This document shows positions 8,908 through 18,762 of a stretch of DNA of 64,000 nucleotides, one piece after another. The DNA is taken from assembly GCA_947169685.1 (NCBI GenBank), contig CAMVQS010000002.1:20283-84282 (forward strand), in the 5' to 3' direction. The translations under genes and the position numbers were made by a program. The notes beneath the pieces were generated by a model. The model was not told the DNA's origin. It was given only the letters and a program-made list of their open reading frames with translations, and did not search any database. Source of the stretch: an uncultured Prevotella sp. GTDB lineage: Bacteria > Bacteroidota > Bacteroidia > Bacteroidales > Bacteroidaceae. Position 1 is the first letter of the stretch. Every line of letters begins with the position of its first letter.

Positions 8908-11466
8908 ATGAAGAAAAAGCTGAAACTTGTTGTGATGGCATTATGTTTCGCCCCCGCAGCTTTCGCTCAGAATGTGGAGACCGCTCCGCAGAATGTGCAG
9001 GGAGAGTTGCAGGATGAACAAGCCTTCACGTTTACCGAAGCTCAGCTGGGTGAAGATGATGACATGTCGCAGAACGTGACCATCATCTCGTCGAACAACA
9101 ATGCCTATGCCTCTCAGGTAGGCTTCTTGTTCAGCCCGGTTAGATTTAGGTATCGTGCTTTTAACCAGAAGTACAACGAGATTTACATTAACGGCGCTTC
9201 GATGAACGACATGGAGTCGGGACAGTTCCGTTATTCTCTCGTTGGTGGCCTAAACAACCAAACTCGAGGTGTTGAAAACTCGTTACCGTTTGAAGTAAAC
9301 AACTTCTCTATGACGGCTATGGGTGGCTCGAACAATTACGACTTCCGCCCCAGCCACTTCGCTCACGGCCAGCGTGCAACGCTCACATTGGCTAACCGTA
9401 ACTACACCGTGCGTGGTATGTACACCTACAACACTGGACTCATGGAGAACGGTTGGGCGTTCTCGGCCAGCCTTACTTATCGTTGGGCCGACACGAACAC
9501 CTCGTATGTGGAAGGTACGTTCTACAATTCGCTTTCTTATTTCTTGGGAGTGGAGAAAGTGTTTAACGATCGTCACTCTTTGTCACTCGTCACATGGGGT
9601 AACCCCACGGAGCGTTCAACTCAGGGCGCTGCAACTGACGAGAGCTATTGGCTGGCTAATAACAGATTCTACAATCCTTATTGGGGCTACCAGAACGGTC
9701 AGGTCCGTAACTCCCGTGTAGTTAACGACTTCTCGCCTTCTGTCCTACTTACTTGGGACTGGAAGATCCAGCAGGGCATGAAGTTGACGACCACGCTGTT
9801 TGGAAAGTACGGCATGTATAAGGGTACGAGCATGGGTTACAACAATAGTGACAACCCGCAGCCGGACTATTACAAGACCCTGCCGTCAAGCTACTATGAC
9901 GTCTGGGATCCCACTGATACACGTTACCGTACGGCGCAAGCCTATTCTGATTACTACTCGGCTCGTACTTATCTGATGGGTAGTAAGGCCGCACGCCAGT
10001 TTGACTTCGACCGCCTGTACTACATGAACCAGCAGGCCAGCGCTCAGGGTGCTGATGCTATGTACTTCATCAAGGCCAAGAATATCAACAACCTGAATCT
10101 CTCGTTCGCCTCTACGCTGAAGACGGAGTTGGGTAGATTTACTTCTATGAACATGGGTATTCAGTTGGCAACCAATAAGGGCATGCACTTCCAGACGATG
10201 GAAGACCTGTTGGGTGCAACCTCTTTCCACAATGTCAATACCTATGCCCTGAAGAACTTCTCTGGTGCATCAGACCAGGTGCAGTATGACCTGAACAATC
10301 CCAACGCTCTGGTGGGCGTAGGCGATAAGTGGGGCTACAACTACAACATCTTGGTCAACAAGGCTTCTTACTGGACGAACCTGACTTACAGAAAGGGACG
10401 CCTGCAGGCCTTTATTGCTGGCCGTATCGGTGGTACGATGATGCAGCGTGACGGTAAGATGCGTAATGGCTTGGTGGCTGACAACTCCTACGGCAAGAGC
10501 GGCACGGCCCGCTTCCTTGACGGTGGTGGCAAGTTCGGTTTGAACCTCAACCTGGGCGCAGGAAATACCATTCTGTTGGGCGCAGGCTACGAGTGGCGTG
10601 CTCCGCAGGCACAGGCCGCTTTCGTTTCTCCTGAAATGAGTAACGACTTCGTGAACAACCTCAAGAACGAGCGCATCTTCAGCAGTGAGATCAGTTACAA
10701 CATCCAGACTTCTTGGATGAAGGCCAGCATCAATGGTTATTATAATCAGCTGACGAACGGAACGGAGTGGCAGAACTTCTACTACGACGATATCAACTCG
10801 TTCTCATACGTGTCAATGACCAACATCAAAAAGGTCTTCTATGGTGTTGAGGTTGGTGCACGCTTCAAGCTGACCGAGTACCTCGACCTGAAGGCTCTTG
10901 GTACTTGGAGTGAGGCAAAGAACACCAACAATGCTAATGTTCGCTACATGAACTCTACGAAGGGTGAATTCTACGATGATATCGTGATGAACAAAGACAT
11001 GCGTGAGGCAGGAACTCCGCTGTCTGCATACAGCCTCGGTCTGAGTTATCACTCCAATGGCTGGTATATTGACCTGAATGGTAACTACTACGATCGCATC
11101 TACTTAAGCTACTCGCCCAGTTATCGCTATCAGCGTACGCTCACCACGATGGGCAGCATTGACAACAACGGCGACTTCATCGTTCCTGATCAAAGCGAGG
11201 GACACGGCGGCTTCATGCTTGATGCCTCTATTGGTAAGACCCTCCGTCTGAAAGCTGGTAAGCAACTCTCCTTCAATCTCATGATTACCAACCTGCTCAA
11301 TAATACCAATATTGTATCAGGCGGTTACGAGCAGAGCCGAAGCGACTATACTGTGAAGGACGACGGTACCTTAAATAATATGCGTGGGTACAAGTTCTCT
11401 CTCAATCCGAAGAAATACTATGCTTATGGTATCAACGGGATGCTGAACATCACTTATAGATTCTAA
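8908..11466 (+). CDS. TonB-dependent outer-membrane receptor (not SusC type)
   Basis: Signal peptide, amphipathic beta-strands, NLLNN near the C-terminus, terminal aromatic (NITYRF). Confidence 0.8.
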   Translation: MKKKLKLVVMALCFAPAAFAQNVETAPQNVQGELQDEQAFTFTEAQLGEDDDMSQNVTIISSNNNAYASQVGFLFSPVRFRYRAFNQKYNEIYINGASMNDMESGQFRYSLVGGLNNQTRGVENSLPFEVNNFSMTAMGGSNNYDFRPSHFAHGQRATLTLANRNYTVRGMYTYNTGLMENGWAFSASLTYRWADTNTSYVEGTFYNSLSYFLGVEKVFNDRHSLSLVTWGNPTERSTQGAATDESYWLANNRFYNPYWGYQNGQVRNSRVVNDFSPSVLLTWDWKIQQGMKLTTTLFGKYGMYKGTSMGYNNSDNPQPDYYKTLPSSYYDVWDPTDTRYRTAQAYSDYYSARTYLMGSKAARQFDFDRLYYMNQQASAQGADAMYFIKAKNINNLNLSFASTLKTELGRFTSMNMGIQLATNKGMHFQTMEDLLGATSFHNVNTYALKNFSGASDQVQYDLNNPNALVGVGDKWGYNYNILVNKASYWTNLTYRKGRLQAFIAGRIGGTMMQRDGKMRNGLVADNSYGKSGTARFLDGGGKFGLNLNLGAGNTILLGAGYEWRAPQAQAAFVSPEMSNDFVNNLKNERIFSSEISYNIQTSWMKASINGYYNQLTNGTEWQNFYYDDINSFSYVSMTNIKKVFYGVEVGARFKLTEYLDLKALGTWSEAKNTNNANVRYMNSTKGEFYDDIVMNKDMREAGTPLSAYSLGLSYHSNGWYIDLNGNYYDRIYLSYSPSYRYQRTLTTMGSIDNNGDFIVPDQSEGHGGFMLDASIGKTLRLKAGKQLSFNLMITNLLNNTNIVSGGYEQSRSDYTVKDDGTLNNMRGYKFSLNPKKYYAYGINGMLNITYRF

Positions 11467-11480
11467 AAAACGTCAAGACA

Positions 11481-12329
11481 ATGAAACAGATTAAATATCT
11501 TCTTTTTGCATTGGCATGCACACTGAGTGCATCTTGCATGGACGGCGACGATGGTGATTGGAACAACCCCGTGACTGAGGATACTGCCAACTCGTTTGGT
11601 AATAAATATCTCACGGAGAGCAATCTCATTACCATTGCACAGTTGAAGAGTACTTACAAGTCGGTCATCAACGACGGATCCTATACCGAAGTCAAGAAGC
11701 CAACCCAGATTAAGGGCGTGGTTACAGGTAACGACATCGGTGGAAACATCTACAACCAGATTTCCCTTCAGGACGAGACAGGTGCGTTCATCATTTGTAT
11801 CGCACAAGGCGGTATCTTCGGTTACCTGCCTGTTGGACAGGAAGTGCTTGTTGAACTGCAGGGTCTCTACATCGGAGGCTATGGCAAGCAGGGACAGGCT
11901 GGAACGCTCTATACGAGTGCCAGCGGCTCCACTTACGTAAGCCGTATGGCACGTGCTGTGTGGAACAACCATTTTAAGCTGGTAGGAAAGAAAACTGTAA
12001 CCCCCATTGAGGTGACGGATATCAAACAGCTCGATTTGGACAACGACTGCGGCAAGCTGGTAACGCTGAAGGGCTTTACCATCAGTGAGGCTGACGGAAA
12101 GAAGGTCTATGCACCCAGTGACGGCAGTGCTACGGTACAGGCCAACTGCGTCAACCGCTCGTTCAAGGGCGTCAGCAACAGAACGCTCGTATTGCGTACC
12201 AGCACCTATGCTAAGTTTGCTAACAACGTGATGCCTACTGGTACTGTCGATGTAACAGGCATTGCCACTCGTTACAATAGCACTTGGCAGATTCTGCTAC
12301 GTGATGAGAGCGACGTGAAAGCCTACTAA
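11481..12329 (+). CDS. DUF5689-like OB-fold lipoprotein
   Basis: Lipobox LSASC; TIAQLK, IKGVVTGND.GGNIYNQISLQDETGA, RTSTYAKFA, WQILLR. Confidence 0.75.
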   Translation: MKQIKYLLFALACTLSASCMDGDDGDWNNPVTEDTANSFGNKYLTESNLITIAQLKSTYKSVINDGSYTEVKKPTQIKGVVTGNDIGGNIYNQISLQDETGAFIICIAQGGIFGYLPVGQEVLVELQGLYIGGYGKQGQAGTLYTSASGSTYVSRMARAVWNNHFKLVGKKTVTPIEVTDIKQLDLDNDCGKLVTLKGFTISEADGKKVYAPSDGSATVQANCVNRSFKGVSNRTLVLRTSTYAKFANNVMPTGTVDVTGIATRYNSTWQILLRDESDVKAY

Positions 12330-12374
12330 AGAATTGTGGAACTCATTAATCAAAGAAACAAAAAAACTATAGAT

Positions 12375-14132
12375 ATGAAAAAGATTGCATATTCATTGAT
12401 GGCGATGGCCATAGCGGCCTTCACTTTCACAAGTTGCGAGGATGTCCCCGCTCCGTTTGGCCAGCCGACAGATCCAGGTTCTGGCGAAGGCGGTGATGTT
12501 GTCGTTATTGAGCCTTCAGGTAGCGGAACGGAGGCTGATCCGTATAATGTGGCAGCAGCTATTGAGATTGCTAAGGCGATGTCTTCTACCGATGCTGCCA
12601 AGCAGGTTGTAGCCATTGGTTACATTACGTCTATTGACGAGATTGATACAGATGGTACATTCGGTAATGCTACCTATTACATTTCTGACGATAAGGACGG
12701 TAAGGCTAACAAGCTGGAAATCTATCGTGGTTATGGCTTGAACGGTCAGAAGTTCAATGCTGCTGGCGCTACCATCATTAAGGAAGGAGACCTTGTAGTC
12801 GTATCCGGTGGCCTTGTAAACTACCAAGGGTCAATCCTTGAGTTTACTCAGGGCAGTAAACTCCTCTCCATCAACGGAGTGGGCGGTGGTGATACACCAA
12901 GCACAGAGACGTTGGGCACCAAGGATGCTCCATTGACCATTGCAGCAGCACTTGCTGAAATCAACAAACTGTCTGATGGCGGTGAAAGTTCACAGTTTGC
13001 GTACGTCAAAGGTAAGGTGGTGAAGGTTACTACTAACCAGGCTAACTTCGACCAATACGGCAACCTGAACTACCTCATTTCTGAGGACGGTACTGAAAAT
13101 GGCAGCACTATCACCGTTTATAGCGGTGACGGTCTCAACGGTGCTAAGTTCACCAGCCCCAATGATCTTGCTCAGGGCGATGAGGTTATTGTCTATGGTA
13201 AACTTTATAAGTATGTGAATAAGTCGGGTGCTGTGACACCTGAAATCAATAAGGGCAACTACCTCGTAAGCCTCGTCAAAGGCTCTGGCGGTGGTGGCGG
13301 CGGTACAGAGGCTGGTCTTGGTACAGCCGACAAACCTCTGACTGTAGCAAAGGCTCTTGAGATTGTTAGCGCATTGGCAGACAATGGCGAAACAGAGACA
13401 GAAGCCTTTGTAAAGGGTAAGATTTCAAAGGTTCAGTCATTCAGTGATAAGTATAAGAGCATTACCTATTACATCTCTGATGACGGTACAGAGAATAACG
13501 AACTTCAGATTTACAGCGGCAAGGGCCTGAATGGTGCAGAGTTTGCAGCAGTTGAGGATTTGTCAGCCGGTGACGTTGTTGTCGTAAAGGGTAAGCTGAA
13601 GAAGTATGTCAACAGCAAGACTGGTGCTACTACACTGGAGATGAACCAGCCCAACGAGATTGTCTCAATTACCAAGGCTTCTGGCGGCGGTGACGAGCCA
13701 AGCGGTGACGGTTCAGAGATTACGGCTGTATTTGGTGAGTTGGGTATTAGCGGTGACCTGTCAGTTGTTACACTTGCTGATGGTACGAAGTTGACCTTTG
13801 CTCAGGGAGGTGGTAAAAATCCGCCTATCTATCATTCCGGCACTTCTATCATTCGTATGTATGCTCAGAATGAGGTAACTATTGATGCTGGTAGTAAAAA
13901 GATTTCCAAAGTTGTGTTTGCCTATGATACATACAATGGCACAGCCTATAAGGGCAATGATGAAATGTACGGTCAGGCAGGTAACACCAAGATTACGCCG
14001 ACAAAGGATGATGCCAACGTTACATTCAGTGGCGTTAACAGTAGCACGCTGAAAGTTGTTAACGACTTTACTTCAAACAGCGGAGGTACACAGTTCCGTA
14101 TCACTGGTGTTACCATCATCTACGCTAATTAA
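12375..14132 (+). CDS. Surface lipoprotein with three tandem OB-fold-like repeats
   Basis: Lipobox FTSC; three repeats of P(Y/L)(N/T)(V/I)A.A..G.(I/V)..YYISDD..IY.G.GLNG..F..GD.V.V.G.L; Gly-rich linkers. Confidence 0.75.
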   Translation: MKKIAYSLMAMAIAAFTFTSCEDVPAPFGQPTDPGSGEGGDVVVIEPSGSGTEADPYNVAAAIEIAKAMSSTDAAKQVVAIGYITSIDEIDTDGTFGNATYYISDDKDGKANKLEIYRGYGLNGQKFNAAGATIIKEGDLVVVSGGLVNYQGSILEFTQGSKLLSINGVGGGDTPSTETLGTKDAPLTIAAALAEINKLSDGGESSQFAYVKGKVVKVTTNQANFDQYGNLNYLISEDGTENGSTITVYSGDGLNGAKFTSPNDLAQGDEVIVYGKLYKYVNKSGAVTPEINKGNYLVSLVKGSGGGGGGTEAGLGTADKPLTVAKALEIVSALADNGETETEAFVKGKISKVQSFSDKYKSITYYISDDGTENNELQIYSGKGLNGAEFAAVEDLSAGDVVVVKGKLKKYVNSKTGATTLEMNQPNEIVSITKASGGGDEPSGDGSEITAVFGELGISGDLSVVTLADGTKLTFAQGGGKNPPIYHSGTSIIRMYAQNEVTIDAGSKKISKVVFAYDTYNGTAYKGNDEMYGQAGNTKITPTKDDANVTFSGVNSSTLKVVNDFTSNSGGTQFRITGVTIIYAN

Positions 14133-14147
14133 ACTCTTTCCATACAT

Positions 14148-14190
14148 AAGAAAAAGGGCTGCACCATTACGGTTGCAGCCCTTTTTCTTT
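14148..14190 (+). terminator. Rho-independent terminator
   Basis: aagaaaaagggctgca...tgcagccctttttcttt. Confidence 0.85.
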
Positions 14191-14291
14191 CAGATAGCTC
14201 TTCTGCAATCGTTTACGAAGACATTTACATGTATTGTGCATTGTCTTACGAGTTTTTATTTCCCACCGTGGGAACGGGTCGTTACATGCCG

Positions 14292-14375
14292 TGTAACGGG
14301 TCGTAAGTCGGTATGTAACGGGTCGTAAGTCGGTATGTAACGGGTCGTAGGTATGTAACGGGTCGTAAGTCGGTA
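14292..14375. repeat. 22-bp tandem repeat TGTAACGGGTCGTAAGTCGGTA x4 (third copy 18 bp)
   Basis: Read directly from the sequence. Confidence 0.9.
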
Positions 14376-14414
14376 TGTTTTGCGGAATAATCTTCTATCC
14401 TCACTAAAATGCCT

Positions 14415-14530
14415 GGGATGCCGATGTGAAGGGACTTTCAGCGAGTGAGATATGTCTGTTTAATCTCACTTGAACCTCACTTGAACCTCACTCCGGCTTC
14501 AAATGGTCTTGTCTCAGGGCACGGCATCTC
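14415..14530. repeat. Structured intergenic element with an 11-bp tandem (CTCACTTGAAC) and nested inverted repeats
   Basis: gatgccg...cggcatc outer pair; agtgagat...atctcact inner pair; ~2.5 copies of the 11-mer. Confidence 0.5.
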
Positions 14531-14635
14531 CTCCCTGAAGTGTTATGATTGAAAAAAATAATACCCTAAAGTTGCTGTTTTTCCAAAATATTTCTTATCT
14601 TTGTAGCTGTTTTTGTACCACTAACCTGAAACTAT

Positions 14636-16414
14636 ATGATGAAAAGACTGGTAATATTGATGCTGACGGCTGTCACTACGCTGGGTGTGACGGCTCAGGC
14701 TCCGCAAGATTATAAGGAGACGAAAGAGTATCTGACGCTGCGTGACTCCATGTACCACGCCTTCAACGATGCTGACTCGGCACGCTTCTTCACAGCTGTG
14801 AAGAACCTGCAGAACTACTTGATGGAGCAGGGCGACCTCCATGCGTATTATACACAACGCTGCAACGAAATTGTGTTCCAACTGAACCGCCAGCACGTAT
14901 TCGAGGCGTATATGTTAGCAACGAAACTGTCAAGAGAGTTGACTGAACAGAAACTGGACAAGGAGATGTATATGGCTATCAACATGATGGGCCATATATA
15001 TAGTTATTGTGGTGACAAGGAGAATGCCAAACGTTGTTTCTGGGAGGTGATTCGCCGCATGGAGCAAGAGGGCTACAAGGAGAGTGAGCCGCCTATCTAC
15101 ATGAACCTAGTCAACATCGTGATGGGCGAGAACCCGCAGGAGGCACTGCGACTGATTGACCAGGCTATTGCCATCGCCCGTGAGTCATCGCCCGAACGGG
15201 TGTTCGACATTGAAGCACGGCGCACGCTGGCCTATTACATGTTGGACGATATGCCGCGTTTCCTTGATGGCTATAATGCCTATAAGAAGGGTGTGGAGAA
15301 AGGTCTTTCGTCTGTGCACGGTCGTAAGCTCGAGGTGTATTATCTGGCTCATCTGGGCCAGATTGACGAGGCTGTGGCGCTGGCTGCGGAAAGTGGTGAT
15401 GACCCTTACGAGACGCAGGCGGAGCTTTACTCTATGGCAGGTCGTTGGAAGGAAGCTTACGAAGTCCAGAAGTTGGGGGTGGCAGAGACTGATTCTATCT
15501 ACGGCATGCTGTTGAGCAGTTCCATGCAGGGCATTCAGGACGAGTTGAAATCGTACGAGGCTGAGCGGCAGAGGGACCGCCTCAAGTTCTATGCTGTGCT
15601 GACGGGTGCCTTCCTGTTGCTGATGCTTGTAGTGGCACTGGTTTATATTGTCTATACACGCCGCCGCCATCTGCGCGAGATGAGTGAGGCTTATCAGCGT
15701 GTGGTGGAGTCGGAGAAGATGAAGACGGAGTTCATTCAGAACGTCAGTCACGAGGTGCGCACGCCGCTAAACATCATTAGTGGCTTTGCACAGGTGATGG
15801 CCCACCCTGATAACGACTTGAGTCATGAGGAGCGTAAGCACATTGCCGATACCATGATGCATAACGTTGACCGCATCACTATCATGGTCAATGAGGTCCT
15901 GGAGATTTCGCGTGGCGATAGCATCAGCTCCAGCGTGGAGATGGGGCCGGTGAATTGTAATAAGGCGTTGCAGCGCATGATTGGAGAGCTCCATAAGATG
16001 GTGAGCTTCTCGGACGAGCGGCTGCGCTTTGACACTCAACTGGAAGACGATTTCACCATCACGTCGAACGAGACACTGCTGCAGCGCGTTATCATCCCGT
16101 TGCTTGACAACAGTTTGAAGCATATCCCCTTCAACGGTCTTGTCGTGATGAGGGCCTACTCGACAGACAAGAATCTGGTGGTCACCGTTGAGGACAACGG
16201 TCCTGGCATTCCCAAGGAGGAGGCAGAACGTATCTTCGAGCGCTTCGTTAAACTTGATGCGTTCAAGGAAGGACTGGGACTCGGCCTAACGTTCAGTCGT
16301 ACGATGGCCCGCCGACTGGGCGGTGATGTGCGCCTCGATTTGACTTACGAGAGTCAGGGTGCTCGCTTCGAGGCCACCATTCCTATTGAGAAAACAACTA
16401 ATACAACGATATGA
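14636..16414 (+). CDS. TPR-like membrane sensor histidine kinase
   Basis: Signal peptide, TM segment, VSHEVRTPLN, LDNSLKH, EDNGPGI, GLGLGL. Confidence 0.9.
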   Translation: MMKRLVILMLTAVTTLGVTAQAPQDYKETKEYLTLRDSMYHAFNDADSARFFTAVKNLQNYLMEQGDLHAYYTQRCNEIVFQLNRQHVFEAYMLATKLSRELTEQKLDKEMYMAINMMGHIYSYCGDKENAKRCFWEVIRRMEQEGYKESEPPIYMNLVNIVMGENPQEALRLIDQAIAIARESSPERVFDIEARRTLAYYMLDDMPRFLDGYNAYKKGVEKGLSSVHGRKLEVYYLAHLGQIDEAVALAAESGDDPYETQAELYSMAGRWKEAYEVQKLGVAETDSIYGMLLSSSMQGIQDELKSYEAERQRDRLKFYAVLTGAFLLLMLVVALVYIVYTRRRHLREMSEAYQRVVESEKMKTEFIQNVSHEVRTPLNIISGFAQVMAHPDNDLSHEERKHIADTMMHNVDRITIMVNEVLEISRGDSISSSVEMGPVNCNKALQRMIGELHKMVSFSDERLRFDTQLEDDFTITSNETLLQRVIIPLLDNSLKHIPFNGLVVMRAYSTDKNLVVTVEDNGPGIPKEEAERIFERFVKLDAFKEGLGLGLTFSRTMARRLGGDVRLDLTYESQGARFEATIPIEKTTNTTI

Positions 16415-18762
16415 TACGAAAGATTTTCCTTCTGATGTTTGTCGTGCTCGTAAGCATGATAGCACAGGCACGTGACCGTAAGAACATTGATTATGGGTGG
16501 CGCTTCATTCTGGCCGATTCTGCCAAGATGGCGAAGCCCGAGTATAATGACAAACATTGGCGCATGGTGAACCTGCCGCACGATTGGGCCATCGAGGGCG
16601 ACTTCTCTGCCTCGGCTCCCAGCGGAGCAGGCGGCGGTGCGCTACCTGGCGGGGTGGGATGGTACCGTAAACATTTCCGCGTCAAGGAGCCTAAGAAGTA
16701 CTACCTGGAGTTCGACGGTGTGTATATGAACTCCACCGTTTATGTGAACGGTGAGAAGGTGGGCTTTCGTCCTTATGGCTACAGCTCGTTCGAGTATGAC
16801 ATTACCCGTTACCTGCGCTGTGGCGACAACGTTATCGCCGTGCGAGTGGATAACAGCGACCAGCCAAATTCACGTTGGTACTCAGGCTGTGGCATCTATC
16901 GCCACGTATGGCTGACGGAGATGAACACCATCCATGTGAAGCATTGGGGGGTGCATGTAAAGACTGATGCGAAGAAAGGACGCGTCACTGTCGATGTGGA
17001 TGTGGAAGGAAAAGGCAAGGTAAAGAATACCGTCTTCGACCGAGAAGGCCGTGAGGTGGGCATGAAGGTGAGAAAGCCCCACCTGTGGTCACCCGATGAT
17101 CCTTATACTTATAAGGTACGCACGCAGGTGCTGGCAAATGGCGAGGTGGTCGATGAGGTTTGGACGACAACAGCCTTCCGCGACTTTAAGTTCGAACCCA
17201 AGACAGGCTTCTGGCTCAATGGCAGGAACATGAAGATAAATGGTGTGTGCGAACATCATGACTTCGGCTGTCTGGGCGCTGCACTCAATGAGGATGCGCT
17301 ACATCGTAAACTGGTGAAGCTGAAGGCGATGGGCTGTAACGCCATCCGCTCCAGTCATAACCCGCCAGCTCCTGAACTGCTGAACATGTGCGACACGATG
17401 GGCTTTATTGTTATGGACGAGAGTTTTGACATGTGGCGTCGCCGCAAGACACAGAACGACTATGCCCGCTTCTTCGATGAGTGGCATGAGCGCGACCTTA
17501 CCGACTTGGTGCTGCGTGACCGTAACCATCCTTGCATCCTGATGTGGTCGATAGGAAACGAAGTACTGGAACAGTGGTCGAGTGCCGATGCCGACACGCT
17601 GACGTTAGAGCAGGCAAACCTCATTCTTAATGCCGGACACGATGCATCAACGCTGGCTCGTGAGGGTGAGATGAGTGTGAATACGATGCTGACTGACCAT
17701 TTGGCCAGTATCGTGCGCCGCTACGACAATACACGTCCCATCACGGCAGGCTGTAATGAACCGTCGCCAGGAAACCACTTGTTCAGAGGAAAGGGCATCG
17801 ACATCATTGGCTTCAATTATCACCATGAGTGGATTAAGGATGTGCCTAAGAACTTTCCAGGCCGTCCGTTCATCATGACGGAAAGTGTCAGCGCTCTACA
17901 GACTACAGGCTTCTACAAGATGCCCAGCGACCAGATAACCAAGGCACCAGAGGAGTGGTGGTTACCCTATACAGACCCCTCGTTTATGTGCTCGTCTTAC
18001 GACAACATGCACGCCTCGTGGAGCTCTACTCATGAGCAGACCTGGGACGTGGTGAAGCATACTCCCTATGTCGGCGGACAGTTCATATGGACTGGCTTCG
18101 ACTACATCGGTGAGCCTACTCCCTACGGCTTCCCTGCCCGTAGTTCGTACTTCGGCATCATCGACCTGAGCGGTCAGCCTAAGGACGTCTATTATATGTA
18201 TCAGAGCGAGTGGACACAAAAGCCCGTGCTGCACCTGTTCCCCCACTGGAACTGGCTTGAAGGTCAGGAGATTGATATGTGGTGCTACTACAACAATGCC
18301 GACGAGGTGGAGCTGTTCATCAACGGTAAGAGCCAGGGTGTGAGGAAAAAAGCCAATAGTCACCAGTATCATGTCATGTGGCGTGTAACGTTCGAACCTG
18401 GTGAGGTGAAAGCTGTTGCCCGCAAGGACGGACAGGTCGTTGGCATGCAGACCATCCGCACAGCCGGACAGCCAGACCATTTGCGACTGACCTACGACTA
18501 TCGTGGCAAAAAGACTACATTCGTCCGCGTCGAGGTGGTAGATCGCGACGGCAACCTCTGTCCGTGGGCAGAGAACCAGGTGTTCTTCGAGACGTCAGGT
18601 GCCAAGATTATCGGCGTGGATAACGGCAGCCAGTTCAGCATGGAACGTTTTAAGGACAACAAGCGTAAGGCCTTCTTTGGTCGTTGCCTCGTGGTACTTG
18701 ACGGACGTGGCACGTTGACAGCTAAAGCAATAGGATTACAAAAAGCAACCATTAACTTATGA
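16411..18762 (+). CDS. Glycoside hydrolase family 2 (beta-galactosidase-like)
   Basis: LPHDW, GWYRKHF, NAIRSSHNPP, WSIGNE, WTGFDYIGEP. Confidence 0.92.
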   Translation: MIRKIFLLMFVVLVSMIAQARDRKNIDYGWRFILADSAKMAKPEYNDKHWRMVNLPHDWAIEGDFSASAPSGAGGGALPGGVGWYRKHFRVKEPKKYYLEFDGVYMNSTVYVNGEKVGFRPYGYSSFEYDITRYLRCGDNVIAVRVDNSDQPNSRWYSGCGIYRHVWLTEMNTIHVKHWGVHVKTDAKKGRVTVDVDVEGKGKVKNTVFDREGREVGMKVRKPHLWSPDDPYTYKVRTQVLANGEVVDEVWTTTAFRDFKFEPKTGFWLNGRNMKINGVCEHHDFGCLGAALNEDALHRKLVKLKAMGCNAIRSSHNPPAPELLNMCDTMGFIVMDESFDMWRRRKTQNDYARFFDEWHERDLTDLVLRDRNHPCILMWSIGNEVLEQWSSADADTLTLEQANLILNAGHDASTLAREGEMSVNTMLTDHLASIVRRYDNTRPITAGCNEPSPGNHLFRGKGIDIIGFNYHHEWIKDVPKNFPGRPFIMTESVSALQTTGFYKMPSDQITKAPEEWWLPYTDPSFMCSSYDNMHASWSSTHEQTWDVVKHTPYVGGQFIWTGFDYIGEPTPYGFPARSSYFGIIDLSGQPKDVYYMYQSEWTQKPVLHLFPHWNWLEGQEIDMWCYYNNADEVELFINGKSQGVRKKANSHQYHVMWRVTFEPGEVKAVARKDGQVVGMQTIRTAGQPDHLRLTYDYRGKKTTFVRVEVVDRDGNLCPWAENQVFFETSGAKIIGVDNGSQFSMERFKDNKRKAFFGRCLVVLDGRGTLTAKAIGLQKATINL

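Noticed and set aside
14292-14375. CRISPR array or plasmid origin
   Set aside because: No spacers and no rep gene; flanked by chromosomal genes
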